DNA from: Parcubacteria group bacterium Gr01-1014_17
Lineage (GTDB): Bacteria; Patescibacteriota; Minisyncoccia; Phycocordibacterales; UBA10002
Reading direction: 5' to 3'
Length of the DNA: 64,000 bases
Assembly: GCA_007376285.1 (NCBI GenBank)
Contig: VMFZ01000005.1
Location: 699 to 64,698 of the forward strand
Shown: positions 47,589 through 56,347 of the stretch, in pieces
How the letters are laid out: each line of letters starts with the position of its first letter
Numbering within the stretch: position 1 is the stretch's first letter
Notes under the pieces: generated by a model
Database searches by the model: none
What the model was told of the DNA's origin: nothing
What the model saw: the letters and a program-made list of their open reading frames with translations, nothing else
Position numbers and translations under genes: made by a program

Positions 47589-49353
47589 CATCGCATCGCA
47601 TTGGTGGCGGTTGTTTAATACGCTGTACCGTAGTTGCCGGCGCCGCATGGCATTTGTCGTGTTTCTCGGCTTTGCCTCAAGTTTTTTTGAAGGATTTGGC
47701 GTGGTGCTTCTTGTTCCGCTTATTGCGTTTCTCGTAGGAGGACAGGGTGCGCCAACCGGCGCATTAGCGAACTTTCTTTCAAACATTCCTCTTGGTTTCT
47801 TGGGTGGGTGGTCGTTCAAGGCGGTTTTCGTTCTGGTTGTGGTTTTGTTTTTGGCAAAAGGCGCTCTACTGTTTTGGGCAGGCGTATTCCGTGCGAACAC
47901 ACTGACGAGCTATAGCAGAATGATGCGCGAACGCTTATACCGCCAAATGCTCGGTTCCTCATTTTCTTATTTACGCGCTCAGAAAATAGGAAATTTTAAC
48001 CATATATTGATTTCTGATTTGAAGGCGAGCGTCAAATTGCTTCATTTTTCCACGGATGTTATCCGTTCGGTTGCAAACCTCTTTTCATACGCCGCACTTG
48101 CTTTTCTCCTCTCGCCGGCCATCGCGGGGTTGACGCTTGCCGGAGGCGCGTTGTTTCTCCTTGCATGGAATCCGGTTTTTGCGCGTTTACGGAACTATAT
48201 GCGCAAGCTTATGCGTGTCCGAGCGGACATGACTCACGCTATAGATGAGACGCTCATCGGCATCAAAACCATCAAGGCGCTTGGGGTTGAGAAGGAATCG
48301 CTTCTGCGGGTGCGAGGCTATTTTAATGAGACAGAAGAAGTTGAGCGAAGGAAAGACCTTGCGCGCCTTACCGCCAAGCTCTCTGTTGAGCCCGTATCAC
48401 TCTTTTTCATTATAAGCGTCTTTGCTATATCGTATTACTATTTATCGTTTGATGTAACCACATTCATTCCGATTGTGTATTTGATACAACAGATGTTTAC
48501 GCGCATTGGCAAGATACAGTCTTCGCTTAATGTGGTAGATGATTCCATTGCACATGCGGAAAAAGTCGCGGCTATCATTGCTGAAACTGAAGCTAACAAA
48601 GAGCCGCGCGGCGGTGCTATTCCTTTTTTATTTGAAAGAGAATTGGCGCTTTCGCATATTGAATTTTCATACCGCGGAGAGCCGATTTTTTCTGATTTAT
48701 CTTTTTTCGTGAAGCGAGGCGAATTTGTCGGCATAATCGGACCAACGGGTTCCGGCAAGACAACGATGGTTGATTTATTGCTTCGTTTGATGGAGCCTGC
48801 GGATGGGCATGTGCTTCTTGATGGTAGAGATGTGTCGCAGTTTTCAATTTCTGACTGGCGCAAAAAAATCATGTATGTTCCGCAGGAGAGTTTTCTTTTG
48901 AATGCGACCATAGCAGACAATGTGCGATTTTTGCAGGACATTCCCGATGCGTCAGTGAGGCAGGCGATTTCTCGGGCACAATTAGGGGATTTGGTGGCGC
49001 GCTGGCCGAAAGGAATTGATACGCAGGTTGGTGAGCGCGGCGCCGAACTTTCCGGCGGGGAGCGCCAGCGCATCGCCATTGCCCGCGCGCTTGCGCGCAA
49101 CCCCGATGTGCTCATCTTGGACGAAGCGACGAGCGCGCTTGATTTTGAAACAGAAGCTTCTGTGAAGAATGTTATTGACTCCCTGAAAGGAATGGTAACG
49201 ATTATCGTCATTGCGCACCGCATTTCCACCGTGCTCGGCGCGGACCGTATTATCGCTTTAGAAAATGGGCGGATTGTTGAAGAGGGAAGCCCGAAAGAAC
49301 TTCAGGTGAATCCAGATTCATATTTGTCGCGGATGCTGTCGTTTATCTCATGA
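47572..49353 (+). CDS. ABC transporter TMD-NBD, PglK/Wzk-like lipid-linked glycan flippase
   Basis: TM domain, GPTGSGKT, VPQE, LSGGERQR, ILDEATSALD, AHR; start re-called. Confidence 0.88.
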   Translation: MKRIRNIASHWWRLFNTLYRSCRRRMAFVVFLGFASSFFEGFGVVLLVPLIAFLVGGQGAPTGALANFLSNIPLGFLGGWSFKAVFVLVVVLFLAKGALLFWAGVFRANTLTSYSRMMRERLYRQMLGSSFSYLRAQKIGNFNHILISDLKASVKLLHFSTDVIRSVANLFSYAALAFLLSPAIAGLTLAGGALFLLAWNPVFARLRNYMRKLMRVRADMTHAIDETLIGIKTIKALGVEKESLLRVRGYFNETEEVERRKDLARLTAKLSVEPVSLFFIISVFAISYYYLSFDVTTFIPIVYLIQQMFTRIGKIQSSLNVVDDSIAHAEKVAAIIAETEANKEPRGGAIPFLFERELALSHIEFSYRGEPIFSDLSFFVKRGEFVGIIGPTGSGKTTMVDLLLRLMEPADGHVLLDGRDVSQFSISDWRKKIMYVPQESFLLNATIADNVRFLQDIPDASVRQAISRAQLGDLVARWPKGIDTQVGERGAELSGGERQRIAIARALARNPDVLILDEATSALDFETEASVKNVIDSLKGMVTIIVIAHRISTVLGADRIIALENGRIVEEGSPKELQVNPDSYLSRMLSFIS

Positions 49354-50705
49354 AAACTATTTTTATTTCAATTCTTTCCGGCGTTGAGGCGAAAGCGATT
49401 TTGCGAACCGATATTCTCGGGACGCTTCTGGCGCGTGGAAACATTCGCGTGGTGCTGTTTGTGAAGAACGCAGCACGCGCCGCATTTTATGAAAAAGAGT
49501 TTTTGCATCCTCGAGTTTGTTACGAAGTAATTGACGCATATGCATTTTCGCCCATAAACACATTGTTTGATTTTCTGAAAAATTTTTTAGTGCGCACTAA
49601 TACGCTCGCGCTCTATCGCCGACTTCTCCTCATTGACCGTAAAAATGTCTTCGTATTTGTCGGAGGTTTTCTGTTCAGTGCACTGTTAGCCAGGCCGCTC
49701 TTTCAGCGTATCGCTCGATTTCTGGACGCCAGTTTTGTGCGCGACCAGATTTTTTACTCGGTGTTTGAGCGCTACAGGCCGTCTCTCGTATTTCTCGCCA
49801 ATCTTTTTGATACGGTGGAAGTAAGTATGCTCCGCGAAGCAAAACGGCGCGGAATTCGCAGTGTAGGTTTTGTTAATTCATGGGACAAAATTGCATCAAA
49901 GGGTTTTTTGCGGCTTGTGTCTGATGTAGTGATTGCACCAAACCATATCGTTAAAGAAGAGGCCATATATTATGATAATGTGCCACGCGAAAAGATTTTT
50001 GTGTCAGGCGTTCCACAATACGATATGTATTGGAGTATAGAAAATATTCTGCCTCGCGAGGTGTTTTTCCAAAAAATGAAGATGGACCCGAAGAAGCGCC
50101 TTATTATATTTGGCCCTATAGGAAAAACACTCAGCAATTCCGATTGGGAGATGATTGACACCATGCATTCATTACTCCAAGTGCATATTCCAGAAACGCA
50201 GATGCTTGCCCGTTTTCAACCAAATGACTTTGCGGGTGATGAAGCAGAATTTCGGAAGCGTCCTTGGCTTCATGTAGATGTTCCTGGTGTGCGCTTTGGT
50301 ACGGGTATTGGGATGGACTGGGATATGACTGCCGCTGAACTCCTTCATTTGAAAAATACACTTTTCCATTGTGCGCTTCTTGTTTCTTATGCCTCCAGTA
50401 TTTCAATCGACGCGGCGGTTTTTGACAAGCCGATAATAAATATTGGATTTGAAATACGCCATGGCGACCCAGCATGGAAACAGCCGACGCGCCGATATGC
50501 AACCGTGCATTACCAAAAAGCGCTCGCAACTGGTGGGATTCGTTTGGTTAAAAGCGAAGAAGAATTGATTGAGTGGATTAAGAAATATCTGGCGCATCCG
50601 CAATTGGACCGTAAAGGCCGCGCGCGCCTCGTGCACGAACAGTGCGTGTATACCGATGGCAAAACAGGCAAGCGCATAGCAGATTTTCTCTTGCGGCAGT
50701 TATAA
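49350..50705 (+). CDS. GT-B SWD-motif paralog 5
   Basis: SWDKIASKG, GVPQYD, RFQP, SSISIDA, DGKTGKRI. Confidence 0.72.
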   Translation: MKTIFISILSGVEAKAILRTDILGTLLARGNIRVVLFVKNAARAAFYEKEFLHPRVCYEVIDAYAFSPINTLFDFLKNFLVRTNTLALYRRLLLIDRKNVFVFVGGFLFSALLARPLFQRIARFLDASFVRDQIFYSVFERYRPSLVFLANLFDTVEVSMLREAKRRGIRSVGFVNSWDKIASKGFLRLVSDVVIAPNHIVKEEAIYYDNVPREKIFVSGVPQYDMYWSIENILPREVFFQKMKMDPKKRLIIFGPIGKTLSNSDWEMIDTMHSLLQVHIPETQMLARFQPNDFAGDEAEFRKRPWLHVDVPGVRFGTGIGMDWDMTAAELLHLKNTLFHCALLVSYASSISIDAAVFDKPIINIGFEIRHGDPAWKQPTRRYATVHYQKALATGGIRLVKSEEELIEWIKKYLAHPQLDRKGRARLVHEQCVYTDGKTGKRIADFLLRQL

Positions 50706-50714
50706 TAGAGCGTT

Positions 50715-51932
50715 ATGAATGTCGTGCGTAAAAAAATATGCGTGGTGAACGGAAAGCGGGGCGGTTTTAACGCGCTTCTGCCGACGATGCGCGCGATTGA
50801 AGCGGAACCATCGCTTGAATTGCAGGTGCTTCTGACTGATATGCATCTTTCCGAACAATTCGGATATACCCTTGAGTACGCAAAACGCTACATCTCTATT
50901 GCACGTACCGTTCCCTTGAATCAAACAGGAGGCACGGCACGGGAGAGAGTTGAGGCGCTTGGCCGCGGACTTTCGGGACTAGCAGGCGCGTTTGACGACT
51001 TGAAGCCGGATATTGTGCTTCTTCTCGGCGATCGTTCCGAGACACTCGTTGCCGCATTTGCGGCTTTGCAATTGGGCATTCCAGTCGCGCACATTCAGGG
51101 AGGCGAAGTATCGGGCAATTTAGACGGAATCCAGCGGCACGCGATTACCAAGCTCGCGCATCTTCACTTCACCGAAACTGAACGCGCTCGTCGGACTGTT
51201 CTACATTTAGGCGAAGAACGATGGCGCGTTCAGCGCGTCGGCGCACCGTATTTAGATTTTATTTTCCAAAAATTATACACGCCGGAGCAAGAAGTCCGCG
51301 CGAAGTTTAATCTTCAAGAAAATGAGCCGTTTCTTTTAATTCTTCAGCATCCGGAAACCAGAATGCCTGAGCGTAGTCGGAGCGACATGGAAGAAATCTT
51401 ATCTGCGGTTGAAGCAACGAGCCTGCGCGCGGTGGTCGCGTATCCGTGTTCAGACCAGGGATATGAAGGCATTATTGAAGCAATTGAGACGCGGCGCGGC
51501 AACCCGCAGTTTTCCATCCACAAAAATATCCCAGCTGAGGACTTTATCGGGCTTCAGGCGTGCGCGTCTGTGCTTGTGGGTAATTCTTCGGCAGCGATTT
51601 ATGAAGCGCCGTATTTGTATTTGCCGTCGGTGTCGGTCGGGAGCCGCCAGCGCAAGCGCGAACGGGAAAATAATATCATAGATGTTTTGCCGGAACGCCG
51701 CTTGATTAAAAAAGCGATTGATACGGCGCGTTTTGATGTGATTTTTCGGAAAAAGTTACACAGCCTGCGCCGTATCTACGGAGACGGAAAAGCGCATAAA
51801 CGAATTGTAAACGCTTTGCGCAAAGCCCCTCCGCGCGCGCGACTGTTTAAGAAGTCCCTCACTCATTACAGCATAAAACGCCAACTATTTGACCGATATG
51901 TAAAGCCACTAACCGACCGCTTGCGCGCGTAA
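50715..51932 (+). CDS. neuC: Hydrolysing NDP-HexNAc 2-epimerase (NeuC/LegG-like)
   Basis: MHLS..FG.T, LLGDRSE, HIQGGE.SG, RHAITKLAHLHF, QHP, GNSS, RQ..RE, YGDG. Confidence 0.9.
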   Translation: MNVVRKKICVVNGKRGGFNALLPTMRAIEAEPSLELQVLLTDMHLSEQFGYTLEYAKRYISIARTVPLNQTGGTARERVEALGRGLSGLAGAFDDLKPDIVLLLGDRSETLVAAFAALQLGIPVAHIQGGEVSGNLDGIQRHAITKLAHLHFTETERARRTVLHLGEERWRVQRVGAPYLDFIFQKLYTPEQEVRAKFNLQENEPFLLILQHPETRMPERSRSDMEEILSAVEATSLRAVVAYPCSDQGYEGIIEAIETRRGNPQFSIHKNIPAEDFIGLQACASVLVGNSSAAIYEAPYLYLPSVSVGSRQRKRERENNIIDVLPERRLIKKAIDTARFDVIFRKKLHSLRRIYGDGKAHKRIVNALRKAPPRARLFKKSLTHYSIKRQLFDRYVKPLTDRLRA

Positions 51933-52004
51933 CAAAAACCGAGTTATTTTCGTTCCAAGAAATGGATATGCACGGAGAAAATAGAAAAATCAGAAAGGTA
52001 AGAA

Positions 52005-53231
52005 ATGAAGATAGAAAAAGAAGAGAAACAATTGACGGTATTAGTATTGGGTGGCGACGGATATCTCGGGTGGCCTACCGCGATGCATTTTGCGGCGCGA
52101 GGCCATGCGGTTGCGATTGCGGATAACCTCCAAAAACGGCGGATGGAAGAAGAAGTTGGCGGCGAACCCTTGTTTCTCCGCCCGACGCTTCAGCGGCGGG
52201 TCAAGCTTTGGAATTCGCTCAATGCCGGACATTACATTGCATTGCCCCCGGGCAATGTCATTGATATTGCGCAAAATGGGCCTGCGCTCATTGACTTCAT
52301 ACTTCGGTTTGAGCCTGATGTCATCATCCATTACGCGGAGCAGCCATCGGCACCATACTCAATGTGGAGCCGTTCGCGGGCAGTCAATACGGTTGTAAAC
52401 AATAGCGCTGGAACGCTCAATGTGTTGTTTGCGATTCGCGAGCTAAAGCGTCAAAACGGCAAAGACGCGCATCTTATCAAGTTGGGAACAATGGGCGAGT
52501 ATGGGACGCCAAACATTGATATTGAAGAGGGGTGGTTGGAAGTTGAACACAATGGTCGCAAAGACCGTTTGCCGTTTCCGAAACTCCCCGGCAGTTTCTA
52601 TCACGCTAGCAAAGTTGCGGACTCTGCCTACATTGAGTTCGCGTGTCGCGCGTGGGGGATTCGGGCGACTGACCTCAATCAGGGAGTGGTGTACGGAATC
52701 GATACGGCCGAGACAACACTTCATACTGACTTGGTCACCAGCTTCCACTATGATGCCGTGTTTGGTACCGCACTCAATCGCTTCATTGCGCAGGCGGTCG
52801 TGGAAGTCCCGCTTACGGTGTACGGCAAGGGTGGGCAGACGCGCGGATATTTGAACATTCGCGATACACTCCAGTGTGTTGCCTTGGCGGCGCAGAGTCC
52901 GCCGAATGCCGGAGAGTTCCGTGTGTTTAACCAGTTCACCGAGCAGTTCTCTGTGCTGGATCTTGCGGAAAAGGTGAAACGAGTTGGCAACACGCTCGGT
53001 CTCATCGTGGTCATTGACCACATTCAAAATCCACGCGTGGAGAAAGAGGCGCACTATTACAACCCCAAGCACACCGGTCTTTTGTCGCTTGGGCTTCAGC
53101 CACATCTGCTCACCGACGAAGTGATCACCGAAATGATACAAAAAGTCATCACAGCGCAAAAGGCGATTGACCGCGATGTCATTGCGCCTCGCATCCTTTG
53201 GCGTCCAGTCGAGGAAGCGCCATCAATCTAA
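52005..53231 (+). CDS. sqdB: UDP-sulfoquinovose synthase (SqdB/SQD1/Agl3)
   Basis: GGDGYLGWPT, AEQPSAPYSM, KLGTMGEYG, PGSFYH.SK, TDLNQGVVYG, FGTALNRF, YGKGGQTRG, RVFNQFTE. Confidence 0.92.
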   Translation: MKIEKEEKQLTVLVLGGDGYLGWPTAMHFAARGHAVAIADNLQKRRMEEEVGGEPLFLRPTLQRRVKLWNSLNAGHYIALPPGNVIDIAQNGPALIDFILRFEPDVIIHYAEQPSAPYSMWSRSRAVNTVVNNSAGTLNVLFAIRELKRQNGKDAHLIKLGTMGEYGTPNIDIEEGWLEVEHNGRKDRLPFPKLPGSFYHASKVADSAYIEFACRAWGIRATDLNQGVVYGIDTAETTLHTDLVTSFHYDAVFGTALNRFIAQAVVEVPLTVYGKGGQTRGYLNIRDTLQCVALAAQSPPNAGEFRVFNQFTEQFSVLDLAEKVKRVGNTLGLIVVIDHIQNPRVEKEAHYYNPKHTGLLSLGLQPHLLTDEVITEMIQKVITAQKAIDRDVIAPRILWRPVEEAPSI

Positions 53232-53236
53232 ACATA

Positions 53237-53270
53237 GCACCCGATGTCTGCAAAACATCGGGTGTTTTTT
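53237..53270 (+). terminator. Terminator formed by palindromic element copy 3
   Basis: GCACCCGATGT-CTGCAAA-ACATCGGGTGT followed by TTTTT. Confidence 0.82.
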
Positions 53271-53288
53271 ATAAGTTATACTGTCTGT

Positions 53289-54191
53289 ATGCGTTTGCTT
53301 ATCACCGGCAGTTCCGGCTTTATTGGCTCGTATGTCGCAGAAGAAGCTCGTGCGCGCGGGCATGAGGTATTTCCTTTTGATATAAAAGGAAGTTCACGCA
53401 ATGATTTTCGTCATTTTAGCGCAATCAAAAATGCGTGCAAAAAAGCAAAACCAGAGGCCGTCGTCATACATCTCGGCGCGTTACCATCGGTACAGCAGTC
53501 AATTAAAGAGCCGGAAGTAACCTATGAGACGAATGTACGCGGCACATGGAATGTGCTGGAAGCCGCGCGCCTAGGAGGCGCGCGGCGGTTCGTATTTGCA
53601 TCTTCCGCCGCGGTATATGGCACGACCGGCGAAGAATATGACGGCAAGCCGCTATCGGAAGATTTACCGCTTCAACCGAAAAATCCGTATGGACTTGCGA
53701 AAAAAATCGGCGAGCAGATGGTGGAAATGTGGTCGCGCGACACATTATGGAAAAACATTGACGGCGTGTCTTTGCGGTTTTTCAATGTATTTGGTCCTCG
53801 CCAAAGGCGGGATAGCGCGTACGCTACTGCTATTGAAAAGTTTTTGTATCAAGTTGCGAAAAAAGAGCCGCTTACTGTTGTCTCTCCAGGCACTCAGCGC
53901 CGCGATATGGTATTTGTGAGGGATGTTGCGCGCGCCGTGCTTGCCGCCGCGGAAGCAAAGAAGCCGTTGTGCGGTGTCGCCATAAATATCGGGAGCGGCG
54001 CGAATTACTCCATTCAGGAGATTGCGGATATAATTGGCGGTAAAAAATATCCGCGTGTTATGCTCCCACCACGGCAAGGCGATGTACTCGAAGTCCTCGC
54101 GGACATCTCGCGCGCCAAGACACTCCTAAACTGGTCGCCCGAGGTCTCGTTTGAAGAAGGGATTAAAATTATAAAAAAATGCAAGCAATAA
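53289..54191 (+). CDS. NDP-sugar 4-epimerase-like extended SDR
   Basis: ITGSSGFIG, ASSAAVYG, PYGLAK, RFFNVFGPRQ; TATACT 6 nt before ATG. Confidence 0.9.
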   Translation: MRLLITGSSGFIGSYVAEEARARGHEVFPFDIKGSSRNDFRHFSAIKNACKKAKPEAVVIHLGALPSVQQSIKEPEVTYETNVRGTWNVLEAARLGGARRFVFASSAAVYGTTGEEYDGKPLSEDLPLQPKNPYGLAKKIGEQMVEMWSRDTLWKNIDGVSLRFFNVFGPRQRRDSAYATAIEKFLYQVAKKEPLTVVSPGTQRRDMVFVRDVARAVLAAAEAKKPLCGVAINIGSGANYSIQEIADIIGGKKYPRVMLPPRQGDVLEVLADISRAKTLLNWSPEVSFEEGIKIIKKCKQ

Positions 54192-54871
54192 TTTTAGCAG
54201 CGGGACGCGGCGAACGGCTTCGGCCGCTTACGGATTCCACGCCGAAGCCGCTTATTTTGGTTGAAGGGCAATCAATGATTGCCCATGCTCTTAACGCGTT
54301 ACCTGACGCAGTTACCGAGATTGTTATTGTTGTCGGTTATCTCGGAGAACTTATTGAAAAGATCATAGGATTTTCTTGGAAAGGAAAACCGGTTCGGTAT
54401 GTGCGGCAGGAGAATGGGCGAACTGGAACTTTTGCCGCGCTTTCTGCCGCAAAAAAGATTCTCAGCGAACGATTTTTAGTCCTCGCAAGCGATGTGTTTT
54501 ATAAAAAAGATGACTTAACCAATTTACTTAACCATACGCTCGCCCTTTTAGTTCGGAAAGAAGTTGGCGACGATTCGCGCCGTATCGCGCAATGCATCGT
54601 TGAAAACGAAATTCTTTGCGGTATTAACGAAGGGGAAACCCCGAAAGGAAAGGTGTTTGCGAACTCCTCGGCGTATGTGCTTGATAAACGAATCTTTGAC
54701 GAGCCGGTTGTGCGCGGAGAAAACGGAGAGGAGTGGCTCTCGGTGATGGTGGGAAATCTCGCATCCCGCGTTCCTATTCGCACAGTGGTCAGTACTTTTC
54801 ATGCTACTATCACAAATTCAGAGGACATTCCTCGTGTTGAAAATAAATTACGCGCGCATTTGACAAAATGA
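54179..54871 (+). CDS. Sugar-phosphate nucleotidyltransferase
   Basis: AIILAAGRGERLRPLT..PKPL, VGYLG, GT. Confidence 0.88.
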   Translation: MQAIILAAGRGERLRPLTDSTPKPLILVEGQSMIAHALNALPDAVTEIVIVVGYLGELIEKIIGFSWKGKPVRYVRQENGRTGTFAALSAAKKILSERFLVLASDVFYKKDDLTNLLNHTLALLVRKEVGDDSRRIAQCIVENEILCGINEGETPKGKVFANSSAYVLDKRIFDEPVVRGENGEEWLSVMVGNLASRVPIRTVVSTFHATITNSEDIPRVENKLRAHLTK

Positions 54872-54921
54872 CATAACTCGTAATATCCTGCCTACAGGTT
54901 TCCAAAAGAAAAGGATAGTAA

Positions 54922-55506
54922 ATGAACATTGAAAGACGAGAATCAGTTTTGCGGATTGAACAGGACGAAGTCGTGTTTGAGGGTAGGTTTTCCACAACAA
55001 CACAACGACATTTCACGAATACACGGGACGGAAAACACGGTGTCTGGGAAGTTTTTTCGCGCAAAGGCGCAACTGGACGAGTTGTTGGTGTACTTGGAGT
55101 AACATCTGCGTTTGACGCAGTGTTGGTAAATATCTATCGCGTACCACTTCGTGCGTGGGTTGTTTCGTTAGTATACGGAGGGTGTATGTCGGGAGAATCC
55201 GAAACGCAAACGGCTCAGCGCGAGTTTCAAGAAGAAACTGGATATGTTATCAACGAACCTCGTTTGCTTTTTGCAGGCCCTTTTGCGCCCGGGGTAATGG
55301 CGGATGAGATGTCTGTTTTTGTCGGTTTTGGGGCTACGCCGAGCGGAGCGGCTAGTTGTGATGTTGCGGAAGACATAGACATTCTTGTTTTACCTCTCCG
55401 TGACGCAACAAAAGAACTCGCATCACTTTCGCTTTCAGGAAAAGCATTGGTTGATGTGAAAGTTTTTGGTGCGCTATATGCCACAAAAGAAATCTGCGGA
55501 TTGTAG
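54922..55506 (+). CDS. NUDIX hydrolase (NDP-sugar pyrophosphatase-like)
   Basis: YRVP, GG...GES....AQREFQEETG Nudix box. Confidence 0.85.
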   Translation: MNIERRESVLRIEQDEVVFEGRFSTTTQRHFTNTRDGKHGVWEVFSRKGATGRVVGVLGVTSAFDAVLVNIYRVPLRAWVVSLVYGGCMSGESETQTAQREFQEETGYVINEPRLLFAGPFAPGVMADEMSVFVGFGATPSGAASCDVAEDIDILVLPLRDATKELASLSLSGKALVDVKVFGALYATKEICGL

Positions 55507-55515
55507 TTTTCGTAA

Positions 55516-55546
55516 AGGCGCTTCATTACGGGGCGCCTATTTTTTT
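55516..55546 (+). terminator. Intrinsic terminator after the NUDIX gene
   Basis: AGGCGCTTC-ATTAC-GGGGCGCCT followed by ATTTTTTT. Confidence 0.7.
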
Positions 55547-55581
55547 GGAATATGTTGTCCTGTGTTAGTGTTATAGCAATT

Positions 55582-56295
55582 ATGCAGAAAAAAACATACA
55601 AAGTGCTCGCGACCGTCACGGCGCGCGGGGGGTCAAAAAGGATTCCCAAAAAAAGCATTGTGCCGCTTTTGGGAAAACCTTCAATAATTTATGTGATTGA
55701 AGCGCTTAAAAAAGCGAAGCGCATCACGCGCCTTATTGTAGATACGGATGATGCAGAGATTGCGGACATTGGGCGTAAAGCGGGCACGGAGATTCCCTTT
55801 ATGCGCCCCGCGTATTTGGCGACCGACACCACGCCACATATCGCCGTGCTCAAATACGAACTTGATTTTCTAAAAGAAAAAGAAGGATATGCGCCGGACG
55901 CGGTAGTTTTGGTTCAGCCAACGAGTCCACTGGTCAGTTCCGAAGAAATTGATAAATGCATTGAGCTTTTGTTTAAGGAAAATTTAGATTCAGTTGAATC
56001 GGTTTTTGAAGTGCCAACCCATTTTCACCCGTTTGCACAACGCGTCATTGATACGGAAAGGTACACACATTTTCTTTTTCAAAAAGAACGCACAGAATCA
56101 AAGCGGACGGGGATTAAGCCGACAACTTATGCAATGGGGAATGTGTATTGTTTTCGACCTTCAAATTTGAAGGAATACGGGACGATTCAAGGGGAAAAAA
56201 GCAAGTCAGTGATTATAGAGCGGCGGACCGCCGTGGATATTGATGAGCTGTTTGATGTGGAAATTGCAGAGACAGTACTTAAAAATCTGGCATAA
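55582..56295 (+). CDS. neuA: CMP-nonulosonate synthetase
   Basis: ARGGSKRIPKK, TDD, PFMRP..LATD, QPTSP, VDID. Confidence 0.88.
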   Translation: MQKKTYKVLATVTARGGSKRIPKKSIVPLLGKPSIIYVIEALKKAKRITRLIVDTDDAEIADIGRKAGTEIPFMRPAYLATDTTPHIAVLKYELDFLKEKEGYAPDAVVLVQPTSPLVSSEEIDKCIELLFKENLDSVESVFEVPTHFHPFAQRVIDTERYTHFLFQKERTESKRTGIKPTTYAMGNVYCFRPSNLKEYGTIQGEKSKSVIIERRTAVDIDELFDVEIAETVLKNLA

Positions 56296-56332
56296 AAAAA
56301 TCTTCCTCATCCGCGTTGGGACAAGGAAGATT
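56294..56332 (-). terminator. Minus-strand terminator after the B12 radical SAM gene
   Basis: Minus strand AATCTTCCTTGTCC-CAACGC-GGATGAGGAAGATT followed by a T-run; two G-U pairs form only on this strand. Confidence 0.75.
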
Positions 56333-56347
56333 GTGAGTAACCAGATA

